Shown: piece by piece, positions 35,865-50,200 of the stretch
Position numbering within the stretch: position 1 is the first letter of the stretch
How the letters are laid out: each line of letters opens with the position of its first letter
NCBI GenBank assembly: GCA_964187785.1
Contig: OZ076410.1
Location: 310,001 to 374,000 of the forward strand
Direction: 5' to 3'
Length of the DNA: 64,000 nucleotides
Source: Amphiscolops sp. MND2022
Taxonomy: Eukaryota
The notes under the pieces: model-generated
The model's database searches: none
Told to the model about the DNA's origin: nothing
What the model saw: the letters and a program-made list of their open reading frames with translations, nothing else
Made by a program: the position numbers and the translations under genes

Positions 35865-38800
35865 ATGACAGATTCCCAACACGAAAAAGTTCAAAAACTC
35901 CACGAAAATCGGTTGAAAGCGCAAACCGAATTGAATACTCTCCCACAGAAGATACTCGATTCCATTACAAATGGAGATCGAAGAGTTCTAGTTGAACGTC
36001 TTGTCAAAGAAACCGAAGATGCAATGACGAAAGCTTTCAACAGAAACGAACAGTTGATTACACTTGCATCTAAAACGTCTGACTCGGAAGCAACTCGAGC
36101 CGACTTAGAGAAATGGTTGAGTGAAGTCACTGAGCAAAATGACGAAGTTTTGAGAAAAGCTCGTGATTACATCGACAGTTGCACCGAATCCGATGTGAAG
36201 TCCCACTCATCAGTCGGCACAGTCAACAAAAGCGCATCCAAAAGATCATCAACTTCTGGTAAAACGAAAACATCGAGCCAACGACAAAAAGACCTTCTTT
36301 TAGCAACGCAGCGACGAAAAGAACTAGAACGAAAAAATGCGAATGTCATTCGTTTGGCTAAACAGAAGCAAGAGGTCGCTCGAAAACAATTGAAACGCGA
36401 AAAAGAGCGGTTGGAAGAAGAACAAGCTCTCCGATTGGAAGAACTAGAAGAAGAAAACAGACGAAAACTTGCCGAAGCCAAGCTCACTGAATTGGAATTA
36501 ACAGACGACTTCTCTCAAGTGACCGATGAGTTTCATGAAACTCTGTCTCGGATTAGTAAACACTCGAAGCAAACCACGTCCCAGAGAGTGTCTGATTGGG
36601 TTAATGAAGTCAATGAACCTGATAGTGTTTCAAATCAACCGCAGACTAATACAGTTGATTTAAACAATGTACCTGGATCGTCGAACACAGCAGTCATTCC
36701 TGAATCAAACGATGTTGTTCGAATGCGACAAGCAACGCTAGAAATGAGATCATTAGCTGATGGTAAGATTGGGCCGAGACAAAGCCAGATTCCCCAAATC
36801 GGCATTTTGTCTAATTCTACCATTCTGAGGCCAAACAGTACTCCACCTTCATTTGCTGCGATTAACCTACTGCCCATGTTTCAACTACCAACCGTGAGCA
36901 CCACATCGAACACCGTTTCCTCCATGACAGTACCAGTAGTTAATCAGCAACCTCTGACTATGTTCTCGCAAGTACAACCGTCTGTCGCTCCGGCTACGAC
37001 AAGGACTCAAGTCAACTTTCCAACGAGCCATGTCATACCGAACTTGTCCGCTTGGACTTTTCCGGCTCCGAGTAGCTTCCCCACAGTACATGCTCCAGTT
37101 CCGCTACCAAGCACAACTGCAGCACCAATCGTGACAACAACGGGGATTTTTACACCAGTTGTACCAATTCAAAGCGGAGGTACAACTTTCTATTGTAATC
37201 CGCTTGCGACAACAACCCCATCGATGACTTTCCCGATTCCACCGTCTACAACAGCCCCAGTAAACGTTACTTTTCCGACGTTTCCGCATACAGTTCAGTC
37301 AACCATTCCCCCTGTAACGCCAACTGCAGTTACTATCCAAGATCTTGCACAACTACTGACTGCTGCCAAAAAATACCATCTTCCTGAGTGGAAACTAGAG
37401 CATTATAATGGAGACCCACTGCAATGGCACGAGTGGATTGGACAATTTAGAAGTGCCATTGATTCCGCACCACTCTCGAACGATGTGAAACTCACGTACT
37501 TGAAAACGCTTGTAACTGGCAAGGCCAAGACAGCGATAGCTGAGTTTGCTTATTGCGGCACAATGTATCAAGAAGCACTTAAAACTCTCGAGCGTAAATT
37601 TGGCCAGCCACACGCTGTTGTAAGCGCTCACTTGGACAAATTGAGTGGCTTCCCACCGTTGAAAATGCACAACAGTGAAAACGTGATTGCTTTCTCTGCA
37701 ACGATTTCGGCGTTGGTAGGAGTTTTTCGCTCCTTGAAGTATGAACACGACTTGTCAAGTGCAGCATTTTTGGGCCAAGCAGTACAGAAACTCCCCCCAA
37801 ACATGAAGGAAGCTTGGTCTATGCACACTGTCAAGAAGGATTGGAGCCGGCCAACTCTCTTAGATTTTAACGAATGGTTGAAAGATAAGGCCGAGGCACA
37901 CGAGAGGATGAAAGCCTCAGCCACAAAACCCAAGAACGATGAAAGCGCGCCATCCGTTACTCGAACAAAAACTGGTGCAAAAGTTTTTGCCTCTGCTGCC
38001 TCTAGCGCATCTGCAAACGGAACCGGAACCAAGCCTAACCGAGTGCAACCAAACTGTATCGTGTGCAAAGACAATCATCCACTGTGGCGCTGTCGCGTGT
38101 TTCTTGACAAAACGCCGACCGACAGAGCAAAGATTGTTGCCGAAAACAAACTTTGTTTCTCCTGTCTGAAAGGAAACCATTCTTTCCGACAATGTCCGCA
38201 ACCACGCAAGTGCAACAAAGATGGCTGTAACAGCTCTCACAATACCCTGATACATGGCGCAGAAAGAGTCTTCCAACCAAGAACAACACCGAAACCGTCC
38301 ACTAACCAAGCAACTGGATCACGTAGCCCCAAAACAACTGTGAATAAAGCAGGAGAAAGCTCCGGAGTTTGTTCCGTGAGCGATGTGAAAGGACTTCTTC
38401 AAATAACTGAAGTTGAAGTTCATACTTCAACCACCTCCGTCAAAGTTTTGGCACTGTGTGACTCAGCCTGAAGATCTCGCAACCAAGTTGAACGTAAAGG
38501 GCTTACCGACCAAACTGACCGTTCATGGCATCAACTCGCAACAAGTTGTTGACACTCAAATAGTTGAGCTTAAGTTGACGCCTGTTCATTCGGGTGGCTC
38601 TTGCTCTACTTTTGATGTCAAACCTTACGTCAGAAAAAACTTGCATGTTGGAAACGATGTCATTGATGTTGACCAATTGAAACAACAGTACCCTCACTTG
38701 GAGCCCGTTGCTCTGAGCAAGTACAGCTACGGAGACGTCGAAATGATACTGGGTCAACACGTGTTCCATTCAATCCGCCCATTGGAGTATTTTGAATCCG

Positions 38801-41800
38801 ACCGAAAAAATACTCCAATCGCCGTCCGATTACCGTTGGGTTGGGTTTTGAGTGGGCCATTGCCTTCGACTTCGGGACTTGTCTCGACATGCTTCAAAGC
38901 TGTCACGCAAAATGAAAGTCACTCCAAGTTGGCCGATCAGCTTCGGAGTTGATATGAAATGGAGTCTTTTGCTGCAATGAAACAAGTAGACTCGCGCTCT
39001 GCTGCCGATGCTAGGGCGTCGAAGATTCTACAAGAAACAACATATCATGACGGATGCCGATATCAGGTCGGTATGTTGTGGGCTGATGACGAGAGTAGTC
39101 TCCCGAACAACTATTTTTCAGCCTTAGTGCAGTTGAAATCCCTTGAACGTCGACTCGAAAAATCTCCTGAACTGAAAGCGAGTTACGCTCAGACCATTAA
39201 AGACGACTTCGACAAGGGATACATCGTTCAAGTCGACAAGTCAGACTGTTTCAGAATTGACAACCTGCGTGAGTGGCACCTACCGCACCACCCAGTGTTT
39301 CACCCTCACAAGCCAGGAAAAGTACGCCGCGTACTCAATGGTGCTGCAAAATTTCATGGTGTTTCACTGAACAGCAAACTTTTAACTGGTCCTGACTTGT
39401 TGCAAACGTTAATCCATGTGCTCATGCGATTCCGACAACATCCCTATGCCGTATCCGCTGACATCGAGGGAATGTTTTTACAAGTTGGTGTGATCCCTGA
39501 AGACCGACCGTCTCTTCGTTTTCTGTGGCGGGAGGACCCAGCAACAGATGTCGCTGTGTACCAATACGTACGTCACATTTTCGGTTCTAAGGATTCACCA
39601 ACGTGTGCCAACTACGCGTTGCAACAGACTGCACGTGACAACCGAACCCAATTCCTTGAAGCCGCCAACAGTGTGGAAAACCATTTTTACATGGACGATT
39701 ATCTTGAGTCAAGCCCAACCGTCAACGAAGCAACCAAGAAGGCTCAAGATCTTGTTGAAATGTTAGCAAAAGGCGGTTTCAAACTAACCAAGTTTGTCAG
39801 CAATGTCCCAAGTTTGGTTAACTACGTTGACCCGAGTTCTCAACCGTCTACCGAATCGACCGAGAAAGTCTTAGCAACAGACGAAGAGACATCTCACGTA
39901 TTGGGCTTGAAATGGAACCACGGTCGTGATACTTTGGTTGTCAGCAGAGGCACCACGCCTGACCTGAACCGACCAAATACACAGCGTATTGTTCTTAGCT
40001 TAGTGTCCGCAGTGTATGATCCCATTGGTCTTGTCGCGCCATACACTGTAACTGCCCGCCTTTTGTTGAAAGACATTTGGCGCCTGAGCGGGCAACAATG
40101 GGACAACAACCTACCTGACGACGTTAGCGAAAAGTTCCTTGAATGGGCCGCAGAACTTTCCAAGTTGGGTGAGATAACAATTCCGAGATCCTACTTTCGC
40201 GGAACTATTGAAAATGTCGAGTTACACGTATTCGGAGATAGCTCCCAGGATGTCTTTTCCGCTGTTGCTTTCCTCCGTGCAAGAGTGGACAGCAACGAAG
40301 GGACTGAAACTCAGTTAGCCTTTGTCTTTGGAAAAGCTCGTGTCGCTCCCATGAAAGCGCTAACAATCCCGAAATTGGAACTCCAAGCTGCCCTCTTAGC
40401 AGCCCGACTTAAAGACGAAATCCAACAAGCGCTAACAGTACCGGTTGAAAGAACATTCATGTGGACCGATAGTACAACCGTCCTTCAATCGCTCCATTCC
40501 ATCGACAAGAAACCCGTATTCGTCGCCAACAGAGTTGCCGAAATTCTTGAGTTGACGACGGTTGATGAATGGAACCACGTGCCAACAGCTGACAACCCGG
40601 CAGACGCGGGCACTCGCGGCTTGCCGGCGAACGCCCTTTTGAACAGTCCTTGGCTCAAAGGCCCCAAATTCTTGATGAGTTCTGATTGGCCTTTTCAGCC
40701 GTCAAAAGAAATCTTGAAAACTAAATTGAAGAACTTCGATTCCATTGAAGTCAACACCGAGCCAGTCTACCAAGAGACCACAGCAAATACCGCAAGTGTA
40801 GCTTCTAATGTCCTAACTCTTGAGTGGCAAAAGTACAGCTCGTACGAGAAGCTTTTGCGCATTGTAGCCTACATTTTGCGTATTTCACCGAAGTTTTCTT
40901 GTAACAGAACTAAAACAAAAACCATCACTGATCCTGTCGAGCTTGAAAGTGCTGAGCAGAAACTGTTCTTCTTGGTACAGTCCGAATCGTTCCCGAACGA
41001 AACAAAAAATCTGCTCAAGTCTTGTCCATTGTTCAAGCCTTCAATCATAAAAGATTTCTCCCCCTTCATCGGTCCAAACGGCCTTCTCCGCGCTCAAGGT
41101 CGAACAAAAAACCTGGAAGTTGCCAACTTCGATGTCAAGCACCCTATCTTGCTTGACAGCCGACACCCTGCAGTTCGACTATTTCTGGAACATCTCCATG
41201 AGAAACATTGCCATCAAGGCGTCGAATACTTCAGAGCCTTGATACAGCAAAAGTTTGCCATCGTAAAATTGAGAACAACACTGAGGACTATCCAAACCAG
41301 ATGCGTAACATGTCGCAAACGCAAAGCAGAGACGCTGACCCCGATAATGGCCGACCTGCCAAAAGAACGCCTGGCGTTTGCAGCGCGACCTTTTACAAAC
41401 ACTGGCTTGGACTACTTTGGCCCTTTCTATGTATCTGTTAAACGCTCCACGGAGAAGCGGTGGGGTTTTCTCTTCACATGCCTAACAACACGCGCCGTCC
41501 ATTTCGAAGTTGTGCCATCAATGGACACCAGCAGCTGTGTCATGGGAATTGAGAGCTTTGTTTCCCACCGGGGCATCCCCTCCGTCATCTGGTCAGACAA
41601 TGGGACGAACTTTGTTGCAACAGAGAAAGAACTACTCCAGAACGTCCTCAAGTGGAATCATCAATCAATTGCCGAATCCATGGTAAAGAAAGGTGTCAAC
41701 TGGAAGTTTAATCCTCCTAGTGCCCCACATCATGGCGGTGTCTGGGAAAGACTAGTGAGAAGTTTCAAGCATACTTTCTACGCGATACTCGGTAACAGAC

Positions 41801-42285
41801 GTTTGACTGACGAAATTCTAACCACTGTGTTTTGTCTTGTGGAACAGAGCCTCAACGCTCGTCCGCTGGTTCCAGCAAGCGCAGATGCAACTGACTTGGA
41901 TGCGGTAACGCCCAACCACTTCTTGCTTGGAACAGCTGGCTCATCGCTACCGTCCCATTCTAACTGTGATTTCGATCACCGCAAGCGATATGCACGAGCC
42001 CAAGCCTATTCTGACGCTATCTGGAACAGGTGGCTGAAAGAATACGTGCCAACTTTGAATCGTCGCTCAAAATGGCCCTCACAGTCCGCCAGGGAATTGA
42101 AAACCGGAGATCTTGTCTGAATCGTGGAACCCACAAGCCCGAGAGGCTACTACCCTCTCGCGCGCGTCGTCAAACTCAACTTTGGCAGCGATGCCGTCGC
42201 CCGCTCTGCCGAAATTAAGACCACGTCCGGAAACCTCGTCCGTCCAGCCGTGAAACTAGCCCCAGTCCTTCCTTCCCCCGAATAA
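35865..42285 (+). pseudogene. BEL/Pao gag-pol polyprotein, disrupted
   Basis: Pao gag (LPEWKLEHYNGDPLQW), triple Cys/His knuckles, protease LCDSA, RT FYMDDYL, RNase H LHVFGDSS, integrase HEKHCH/CVTC, GLDYFGP, SDNGTNF, GGVWERLV. Frameshifting deletion at ~38469; TGA stops at 38950 and 42118. Confidence 0.95.
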
Positions 42286-42447
42286 CCTGATTTATTGTAA
42301 CCCGTAACATTTGTAATTAACCTATTAACCACATGTACCTTTAAAACACGTATCACCATATGTATCATGTATTTTTGTATCGAATCGATCATGAAAGAAA
42401 AAAAAATTTTTTTTGTTCCGACAGATCATCTTCTTGGGCCCGAAGGA

Positions 42448-42856
42448 TGTTGCTGTGCAATACAAATAGAACGGAATTAAAACAAATAATAAGGCCATAT
42501 AGCCTAGTTGTGTAGAGCACCGGTCTCGAGACCATAAGGTCGCAGGTTCGATCCCCGGAACCGTCAAATATTTGCGAAATTGCCCAAATATTCAAAATAG
42601 CTCTGATTTTTGCAAATATGTATTTCGAATAACCTTGAAAATATGCATAAAAAGGTCTTGCTAGTTGTTGTTTGTTATTGTTTGATAATATTGATAATTA
42701 ATTTTTGTTCTTTTGCCAACCAAGGTTTAATTTTGAATACTTTCGTAGTATCATTTGCCTCGATTTGTCAACGATTATGGCCGTATTTGAAAGATATTAT
42801 TCAACTGCTTCCTTTTTGAACCAAAGTCTATAGTATAGAAACCTTAGACTTTTACA
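42448..42856 (+). repeat. 3' LTR of BEL/Pao element
   Basis: Preceded by GGGCCCGAAGGA (weak PPT) and followed by TSD TTCAT. Confidence 0.97.
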
Positions 42857-45800
42857 TTCATGTTGTTTTTGGTACCGGCTTCAGATTTTTGAGACTGAGT
42901 TTCTTGAAGTGATTTTTTATACCCTAAACTTTTCTATCTAAATTTTCCAACTGGAAAGGTTTTGTCCAAATGTTTGGCAGAAATGAAAACATTTATCCGG
43001 TCCTCTGCATCTTTGATGTTCAGAGTGAAACCTCGTGTGAAATAACTTTGGAGTTAACCACTGATTTTTCTTGTCGATTGATTACTCGCTCAGATTTTGA
43101 TACGCTTCTTGCCTCGCAAATAACCAAGGCAGTGAAATGTGCTTGAAACAGACAAACATACTCCCGCCTTTCACAAAATGGGAGTTTGAACTCCTGTCTT
43201 ATAACCAGATCTCTCACTTAAGTTATAAAACCTAGAATTTTTTATTACTCTGCCATAACCTCGACAGTACACCGGGAAGTCGAAAATTGACAAAATTTTG
43301 GCAAAATTTTTTTCAAAGCTTCATTTCTCCACAAATAATAGCCGCAGCTCCAATCGGTTTTCTGTTCCTGGAAGCCCTTTACCTAAGCTTTCAAATGCAC
43401 ATTAGTTAGGTCGCGAGTTGGCGCCACTTGTTGGGGTGAGAGCGCCGAGATTTCAAATGCCAATTGTACTCATAACTGAAGCTTCGTTGAAAAAACTTCT
43501 ATATGCATTTTCAATGGTGGCCTACTCTGTTACTAGAGTGGGACAGTAACTTAGCAAACAGTTGCTCAGTTATTGAGAAAAAACGAATTTTCTGAAATGT
43601 ACTTTTTTTCACTTTTTGCAATTTTTCACTTTTTTTCAGTTGCTTTTTAGCCAGTTGCTCGGAAAAAAATCTATATTGACTCAAATAACAATTCACACCA
43701 GACAGTCCAATAGATTGTCGATAAGAAAGACAGTTTTTCGTTTTCTTCTATGCTTTTTGCGTCGTAATTTATTATTGATTGCGAAAAAAAATCGCTGTTC
43801 TCATTTGAGGACGAAATCACTGTCGAGGATAATAAATCCTCCTAAGGCGAACTACAAACGAACACGAAAGTTGTTGTAACTTCTGCAGTGCGAAATATCC
43901 CCCCATTACCCTCACAATTTTACGTTTTTTTATTTCAGTTAGTCAATCGGTCGAATCCAAAACTTAGCTGAGAGAAAACAGGTTTGAGACAACTGAAATG
44001 AGAACGAAAACGTACTTTCCTATCGTCACAAAAGTTTTTTAAATGTACCAAGGTTTCCCTCGCTGACAGATCATTTCCGGCTGATTGACTGCCGATCCAC
44101 ATAATTCCACACAACGCTTATTGATTCAAAATGCAAGTTGCAAACTGAGAAATTTCAACGCGCTTTTTTGAAAAAAAATTATGGACACCTAATTTTCGAG
44201 AGTTCTGTTCACGCCTGGCTGCCTGTTTACGAAGTTGTTCACGACGCTCGACTGACCTAAACGGGAAGTTGGCCATAAATATTCAATAAACTCCAGATAG
44301 AAGAACTTCTTAAAAACGTCAGGAATCATCGGAAGCCATGGCATTGTTTAGATAGCAGCTGGGAAAAGTCGAGCTTCAATAATTTGCGGGGCGTTTGATT
44401 TAATGCGTGGAATTTAGATTGAAGAGATAACATGGATGGATATAATATCATGCCTCTCAGAGTTGAAGCAAGAACTGCGAATGAAAGCTACATGGAAGTT
44501 TCCAGACACCTCCTTTGAGAAATTATGCAAATTTGCCATACCACTTCCACAATTGCAACGAAAAAATGAAAAAATTGGCATTTTTATTGAATCACTTAGT
44601 CTTCCAAATGTCGTTTCTCAACTTCTGCACTCAAGAAATCACAGTCACTCAAATCGCTCGCCAACGGTGACACAAGCTTACAATTGATAAGTGGTTGCAC
44701 AAGTTTTTTTGCATAAAATAAGCGGTAACTTACGGATGAAGATTTTGCTGCTTTCAAAAATTGAACAGATGCGAATTAGGACCTGCAAAGCCTCTTTGTT
44801 TTGAAGTGCCGCCAATTTCAAAATAGCTGTCAAACTAGACAGCAAACGAAGTCTCTGACGCAACAGAGAATTTTAGACATCAAACGAAAAGCCTAACGCA
44901 ATTGGGAATTTTTGACCTTGGAAAATTGGACGGTGTTTTATGAAGCATGATAAAAATAGTTCGTTCAGTGTTCGCAATGTTGATCCAATGGCGTAATGGG
45001 GCGGCGTTGCTCGAAAAATATTTGGTCATCCGAAAGCTGAAAACTACTTCGTGCAAAATGCCTATCCCAAACTGCTGTAACTTTTTACGTGCTGCACACC
45101 TGCTGTAACGGCAAGCGTTAAGCGTTTGTTACGTGACGATAGTGTGGAGGAACTGATATCATGGATATTGTCCGGGACAAACCACCATGCCACCAGCCCA
45201 TTTTACCTCCTAGGGGTTGCCGGTCCCGAGTAGGGGGAACTGTCTTAAAGGATGCTCTCCGGTCTGATCCAGTCTGTAACTGCTGAGAATAACGGGCATC
45301 CGTCTCGGACCTTCGCCTCAGACCACCGTTTAGACAGCCTTTAAAAACAATGCCAAGGATAAACATTGTAAATTTCCATCCTCAGGGTGGTATCGGAATA
45401 AGATCAAAAATTCGGAATAGTATCTAAAATTGCACAAACTAGCACTCGAGCTACTCCAGATGGATAAACCCAGCGAAAATACATCACAGCACACATCAAA
45501 CTGGCAGTCCACGCATCTACAAGTTGAGGCGCAGGGGCTTCAAGCACCAAACAAGAATAATTATGCCAAAAGTCTCATTTCACCGGCAATGAATGCTCCA
45601 ATGGCAATGAAAATTGTAAACACTTTCCATTTCGTCACCGACATGATCACCTTGTATTCACACTTTTTTCCCAACTGCTCATCTGATGTGATCACCGCTT
45701 TTCAGAAAGCACACTAAATAACGCTTAATAGCAGTTAAAGAAGCGGCGGAAGGTATTTTGTATTAAAATGGTGGTAAAACTGATAACAACATTGTTGCAT

Positions 45801-46676
45801 TTTATATTAAAACTGTATCCCCGTGAAACCTGGAAAACTTCAAGGCTCAAATATGTCGCGAAAATTTTCATGCTTCGTTCAAGTAGCTTGATGAAATTCG
45901 AAGATGATAAAATAACCGAGTCTGATTCCTTTTTTTTCAATGTATTTGAAATCGCATTAAAGGAATTAGAAACCGCAACTAGAAAGTTTCACTTGGAGTC
46001 ATCATGCCCAGACCATCAGATTCGAACCCGGAACCTCTCAGTACGGCGTTTGTTTAACGGTATCCTGCCTTGCAAATTAATGCGCTGCAGATCATGACAA
46101 AGACCGTCGGAGAAATCAGAATGAAAGGAAATATCTCATAATTAAAAGGAAATCAGCTTCGTTTCGCTTTTGGCTGAATATTTAGTATTCAACATGAAAA
46201 CTGACGAGAAAGAAACACGCGAAAGATCACCAGATGATAAAAACTTGAGGATATTTCTACAAATGACTTAGTTAGCGGACAACCGTGCAGACTCTTCAGA
46301 CCTATCCACAAATTTGCACCCTTGGAAACAAGTTTGACCCTTTGAGTACCACGGGCGACCATCGGTGAAATTGCAAGGAGGACATTGAGTGTTGAAATGT
46401 CTAACTGTTCATCAAATTTCGGATTGCGTTGATAAGAATCTCTAGTTTTCGTAGAAACGTTGGTATGAATCTGCACAAGGTGGCTCGGCTCTTTTCTGTT
46501 TTCCCCCCACCACCATTTTTTTGGAAATTTAGTGCAAATTGTATAACAAAAAGACTTGGATACAAACCAGAAAGTTTCAGTTTTAAATTTATTCTTCATG
46601 TGACATTTTAGGATTCAGAAACAAATTTTGTTCACACTTTTTCAATGTGTAGTCACGCATTTTTGATGAAGAAATC

Positions 46677-47202
46677 CGTAAAGCGACAATTCGTCCCAAG
46701 CGACAATTCGTCCCAAGCGACAATTCGTCCCAAATTCCAAAAGGCGACAATTCGTCCCAAGCGACAATTCGTCCCATTTTGAAAAGGCGACAATTCGTCC
46801 CAATTATTAAAAGCTGCAATTTGTCCCCAATTTAATTGCCAATAAAGACCTTTGTAATAATGAATCCGGAAAGATTACAATTAAAGGCAGGTGCCAACAA
46901 TTAATTTTAACATTCCACGGCTAGTACGTTAAAACGCAACATTTTCTAATTATTCTCACATGGTTGAATGAATTCATTTGTAGTTGGTTTGATTAATTTT
47001 CTCGTTTCAATCTTCAAAAGGTTGGTAATTAGCTGATCAATTAAACAATTTGGGACGAATTGTCGCTTTTTACAAATGGGACGAATTGTCGCCTTTTCAA
47101 AATGGGACGAATTGACGCTTGGGACGAATTGTCGCCTTTTGAAATTTGTGACGAATTGTCGCTTGGGACGAATTGTCGCTTGGGACGAATTGTCGCCCAA
47201 CC
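46677..47202. mobile_element. MITE family B (MULE-like, 9-bp TSD) with inverted GCGACAATTCGTCCC arrays
   Basis: TSD GAAGAAATC at 46668-46676 and 47203-47211. Empty site in a paralogous repeat at 50851-50859 (-). Confidence 0.9.
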
Positions 47203-50200
47203 GAAGAAATCAACAGCTTCCTGTTTTGAGTCATCAATAAACACTTAATACGAACACAATTATAGTCAAAAAGCGTGAACAATGTTTTGTTCAAGCAAAA
47301 AACTATTTCAATAGACGTTATTTTCCCATTATGAAATAAGGTTTTACTTTCAATTAGGCGAGTCTAAAGTTTTTAAGGATATTTACTTCCAAAAATTTTG
47401 GTGGTGGGGGGGGGACACAAAAGAGCCGGTGGCTCATAAAACCGATGTCTAAAAAACGAGTGAAACTTGTGAAACCTAAAAAATAAAATTGCTGCCAATC
47501 GTCCGATGAAAAATGCAAGCAGCTTAATGAAAGCCGAATACAAAAAAATGCTATTTGCAAAGGTAAACAATAAAACATCCTACCAGTGTTTTGTTTCTTC
47601 AGAAGCTAAAAATTTAGTTTCAGCCATGAAAAACTTTTCTCTATTGCATTTTGCCAATAGCTACAAGAAGCACTCGTTAATGTTTTTTTCCAATTGGTCT
47701 GGTGGTTACCGCGGACTTCTATTAGCGGTGACATTGCCTCTGAGGCAGGAGTAAGAGAGTTCGAGACAATGACTGGACCACTTTTTTCAGTACTTGCCAA
47801 CGTAAAGGAAACAGCGAGGTGTACCTTTGCTTTTCTCTCAGCACTCTGCGGCGGCTTTGGCCTGAGTTTTATAACAAACTAAGGGTCGCCCTTTTAATAT
47901 TAACCAAAACATAGTGTCTTACCAACATACACTGCCCCCTTTAGAGTTTTCAACACTACGCAACTCACGCGAACAAATTGATTTTCGAAAAATGTTGTAG
48001 TTAAAAAGAGTTTTTCAATCGTGAATACAGTACAAATGCATTAAAAAATTGCAATAAAATGATCATTTTTAATTAATTTTTTTATATTGTTGGTATTTCG
48101 AGGTACTTTGGTGGTTTTAAGAGTGTGGGATTAAAGAGAGTTTTCTCAAAAAGTTTACTTTGGCGTAAAAAAACCTCCTCCTTGTTTGGCTCCGACATTT
48201 GTTTCCCAATTCTTCTTTTTAAAAAAATTGTTTGTGACAGAACGTAAATAACGACGAAATTGACCTGCAGTTTTGAATAAATGAACAAATTTTCGAACAA
48301 TTTTCGTGAATGAAGAAATCATGGCAACATATTCTGGTTCAGTTTTATTCGGACTTGTTTCCGAGTTTTGACAGCTTGTATCAACTTAGCGATCACTTTC
48401 CTTTACAAAGTTTCGAGCGAGCAGATTTCACGAAAGTTTTCCCCAAGTGAAGCAAACTTCAATTCACAGGCACCTGTACGTTTGTCCCGAAATTGGACGA
48501 CCCAGTGAGATGTAACTAATTTAAGCTATTTGTCCCACAGTGGCACTTCTAGGGACTAGTTCCAAAATTTTTGGTTTTGTTTCTCTACTCGATTCAGTCC
48601 AGGACTTATTTCAGTTATTTCATGAAATATTGCAGTGCTTTTATTTGGCGCTTTTAGCTAAGTTAGTTAACTTGTTTTTTCAAAAGACCAATACATGCGA
48701 TGTTACGGATAGGGTGGCCGAAATTAAGTTTTTGTTCTATTGTTTGAGTTGACTTTGAGTTTCTCCACTTGTTTGATTTTGTTTCACTTTTTATAAAAAT
48801 GAGGTTTCACGATTTTAAATAGTTTTTTTTTTAAAAAATTGATTTCAAGTGTATCTTTCTGGTGGATATATCAGATACAAAGTATATATTTGATAATCTC
48901 ATGCAATAATTTTAATAATTTTCCAGTGATTTGGAGTCACGTCACGCGGGTTTCAGATCTCATTCCCAGTCTTTCAGGTTTCCCCGACAAATTTTCAGAT
49001 AAGCTTCTATTACTTCCAACTCGCTATCCAGTGTTTTTTCCACGAATGGACAAAATGGAATGGCTTTCATGACAATTTTCCAACGGAAGCCATTGTTCGA
49101 AAAACAGGTTTTGCCAAGACCCGGATTTAATTAACTGGGACCATGTCATCTCCCCCCCAGGTACACCTTGTTGGGAACTTATAAGAACGTAAATTTTTAG
49201 AGGATTGCCTCTGCAACTGTTTGGACACTTGAGGCAAAAAAAACACCCTAATTTTTTGATATTATTCTCCAAAATGGCAAAAATTCACGCTGGGAACAAG
49301 ATGAAATAGTATGAAAAGCCTCTATTTCAACGCAAATTTTCTCCGTGATAAAATCTAAGGAGCAACTTTTAACTCACAGTCAAGTGATTAACTCACAGAA
49401 CATAGGATGCATCTTATAGGCAGCTTGATAAAATTGCATCAGTGAAGTTTTAATGCATGGACGTTTCCTTGAGACTTTTATAAAATCATAAAAAAATAGC
49501 TTGGTAGCCTACAAAAACTTGTAAAAAGCTCAAGCAGTTCCAACCAGGGGTCATATTCAGCGTGCTATTTGGCTACAGGTGTTTACATAAGGTACTTACT
49601 TGAGAAACTTACAAGTGAAAACAAAGTGATCGCGGAGGTGAAGAAAGGAAAATGTTTTCAGTTTTAACTCAAATAGTGAAAGCTGCATAATAATCCTACA
49701 AAATGATTCCATGCATGGTCCCTGAATTTTCCATGTTTAATAAAAAAATAGCCGGCATTTTTTGAACGTGCCTGTAAAATTTCGCGGCAACTTCGACTGG
49801 TGAGGGAAGGGGTTCAGATGTTCTTGGTCGTCCTTTAGACTTTTTTCTCATCAAACCAACTCTCTCTTCAAGCGATCACCACTTTGAAAACATTGCACCC
49901 CGATCAGTGGTGGAAACAAACCACGGAAACCATTGGGGGGAAAACTTGGAATTAAAAAAATAATGCTCTAGTTTCGAACAACTCCAAAGTGCAACATTCT
50001 TCAGTAGTTTTGTACAGTGAAACAGACAATTTACTAGCACGCGTCGTCAAAACGTAAAAAGCTGTAGTGTCTTGTAAGCAGCCAAATGCATGGCTTTCAA
50101 GTACATTGATGCAAGTTTGGTTATCTCCAAGTTTTGATAATCGACCAACAACCGACACAAAATGAGTCATTTGTAGAAATGTTACAGCCGCAAACCAAGT

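Larger units (their letters stand above)
33782..42856 (+). mobile_element. BEL/Pao LTR retrotransposon with both LTRs, 5-bp TSD TTCAT
   Basis: 409-bp TG...CA LTRs with 3 substitutions between them. TSD at 33777-33781 and 42857-42861. PBS follows the 5' LTR. Domain order gag-PR-RT-RH-INT with Pao-type motifs. Confidence 0.97.

Noticed and set aside
36167-42392. Many antisense and alternate-frame ORFs over BEL gag-pol, and likewise over the Gypsy (54006-59369)
   Set aside because: Shadows of the real polyprotein frames.
44400-46100. Cluster of short ORFs, possibly a decayed transposase
   Set aside because: No catalytic motif, TIR or TSD identified.
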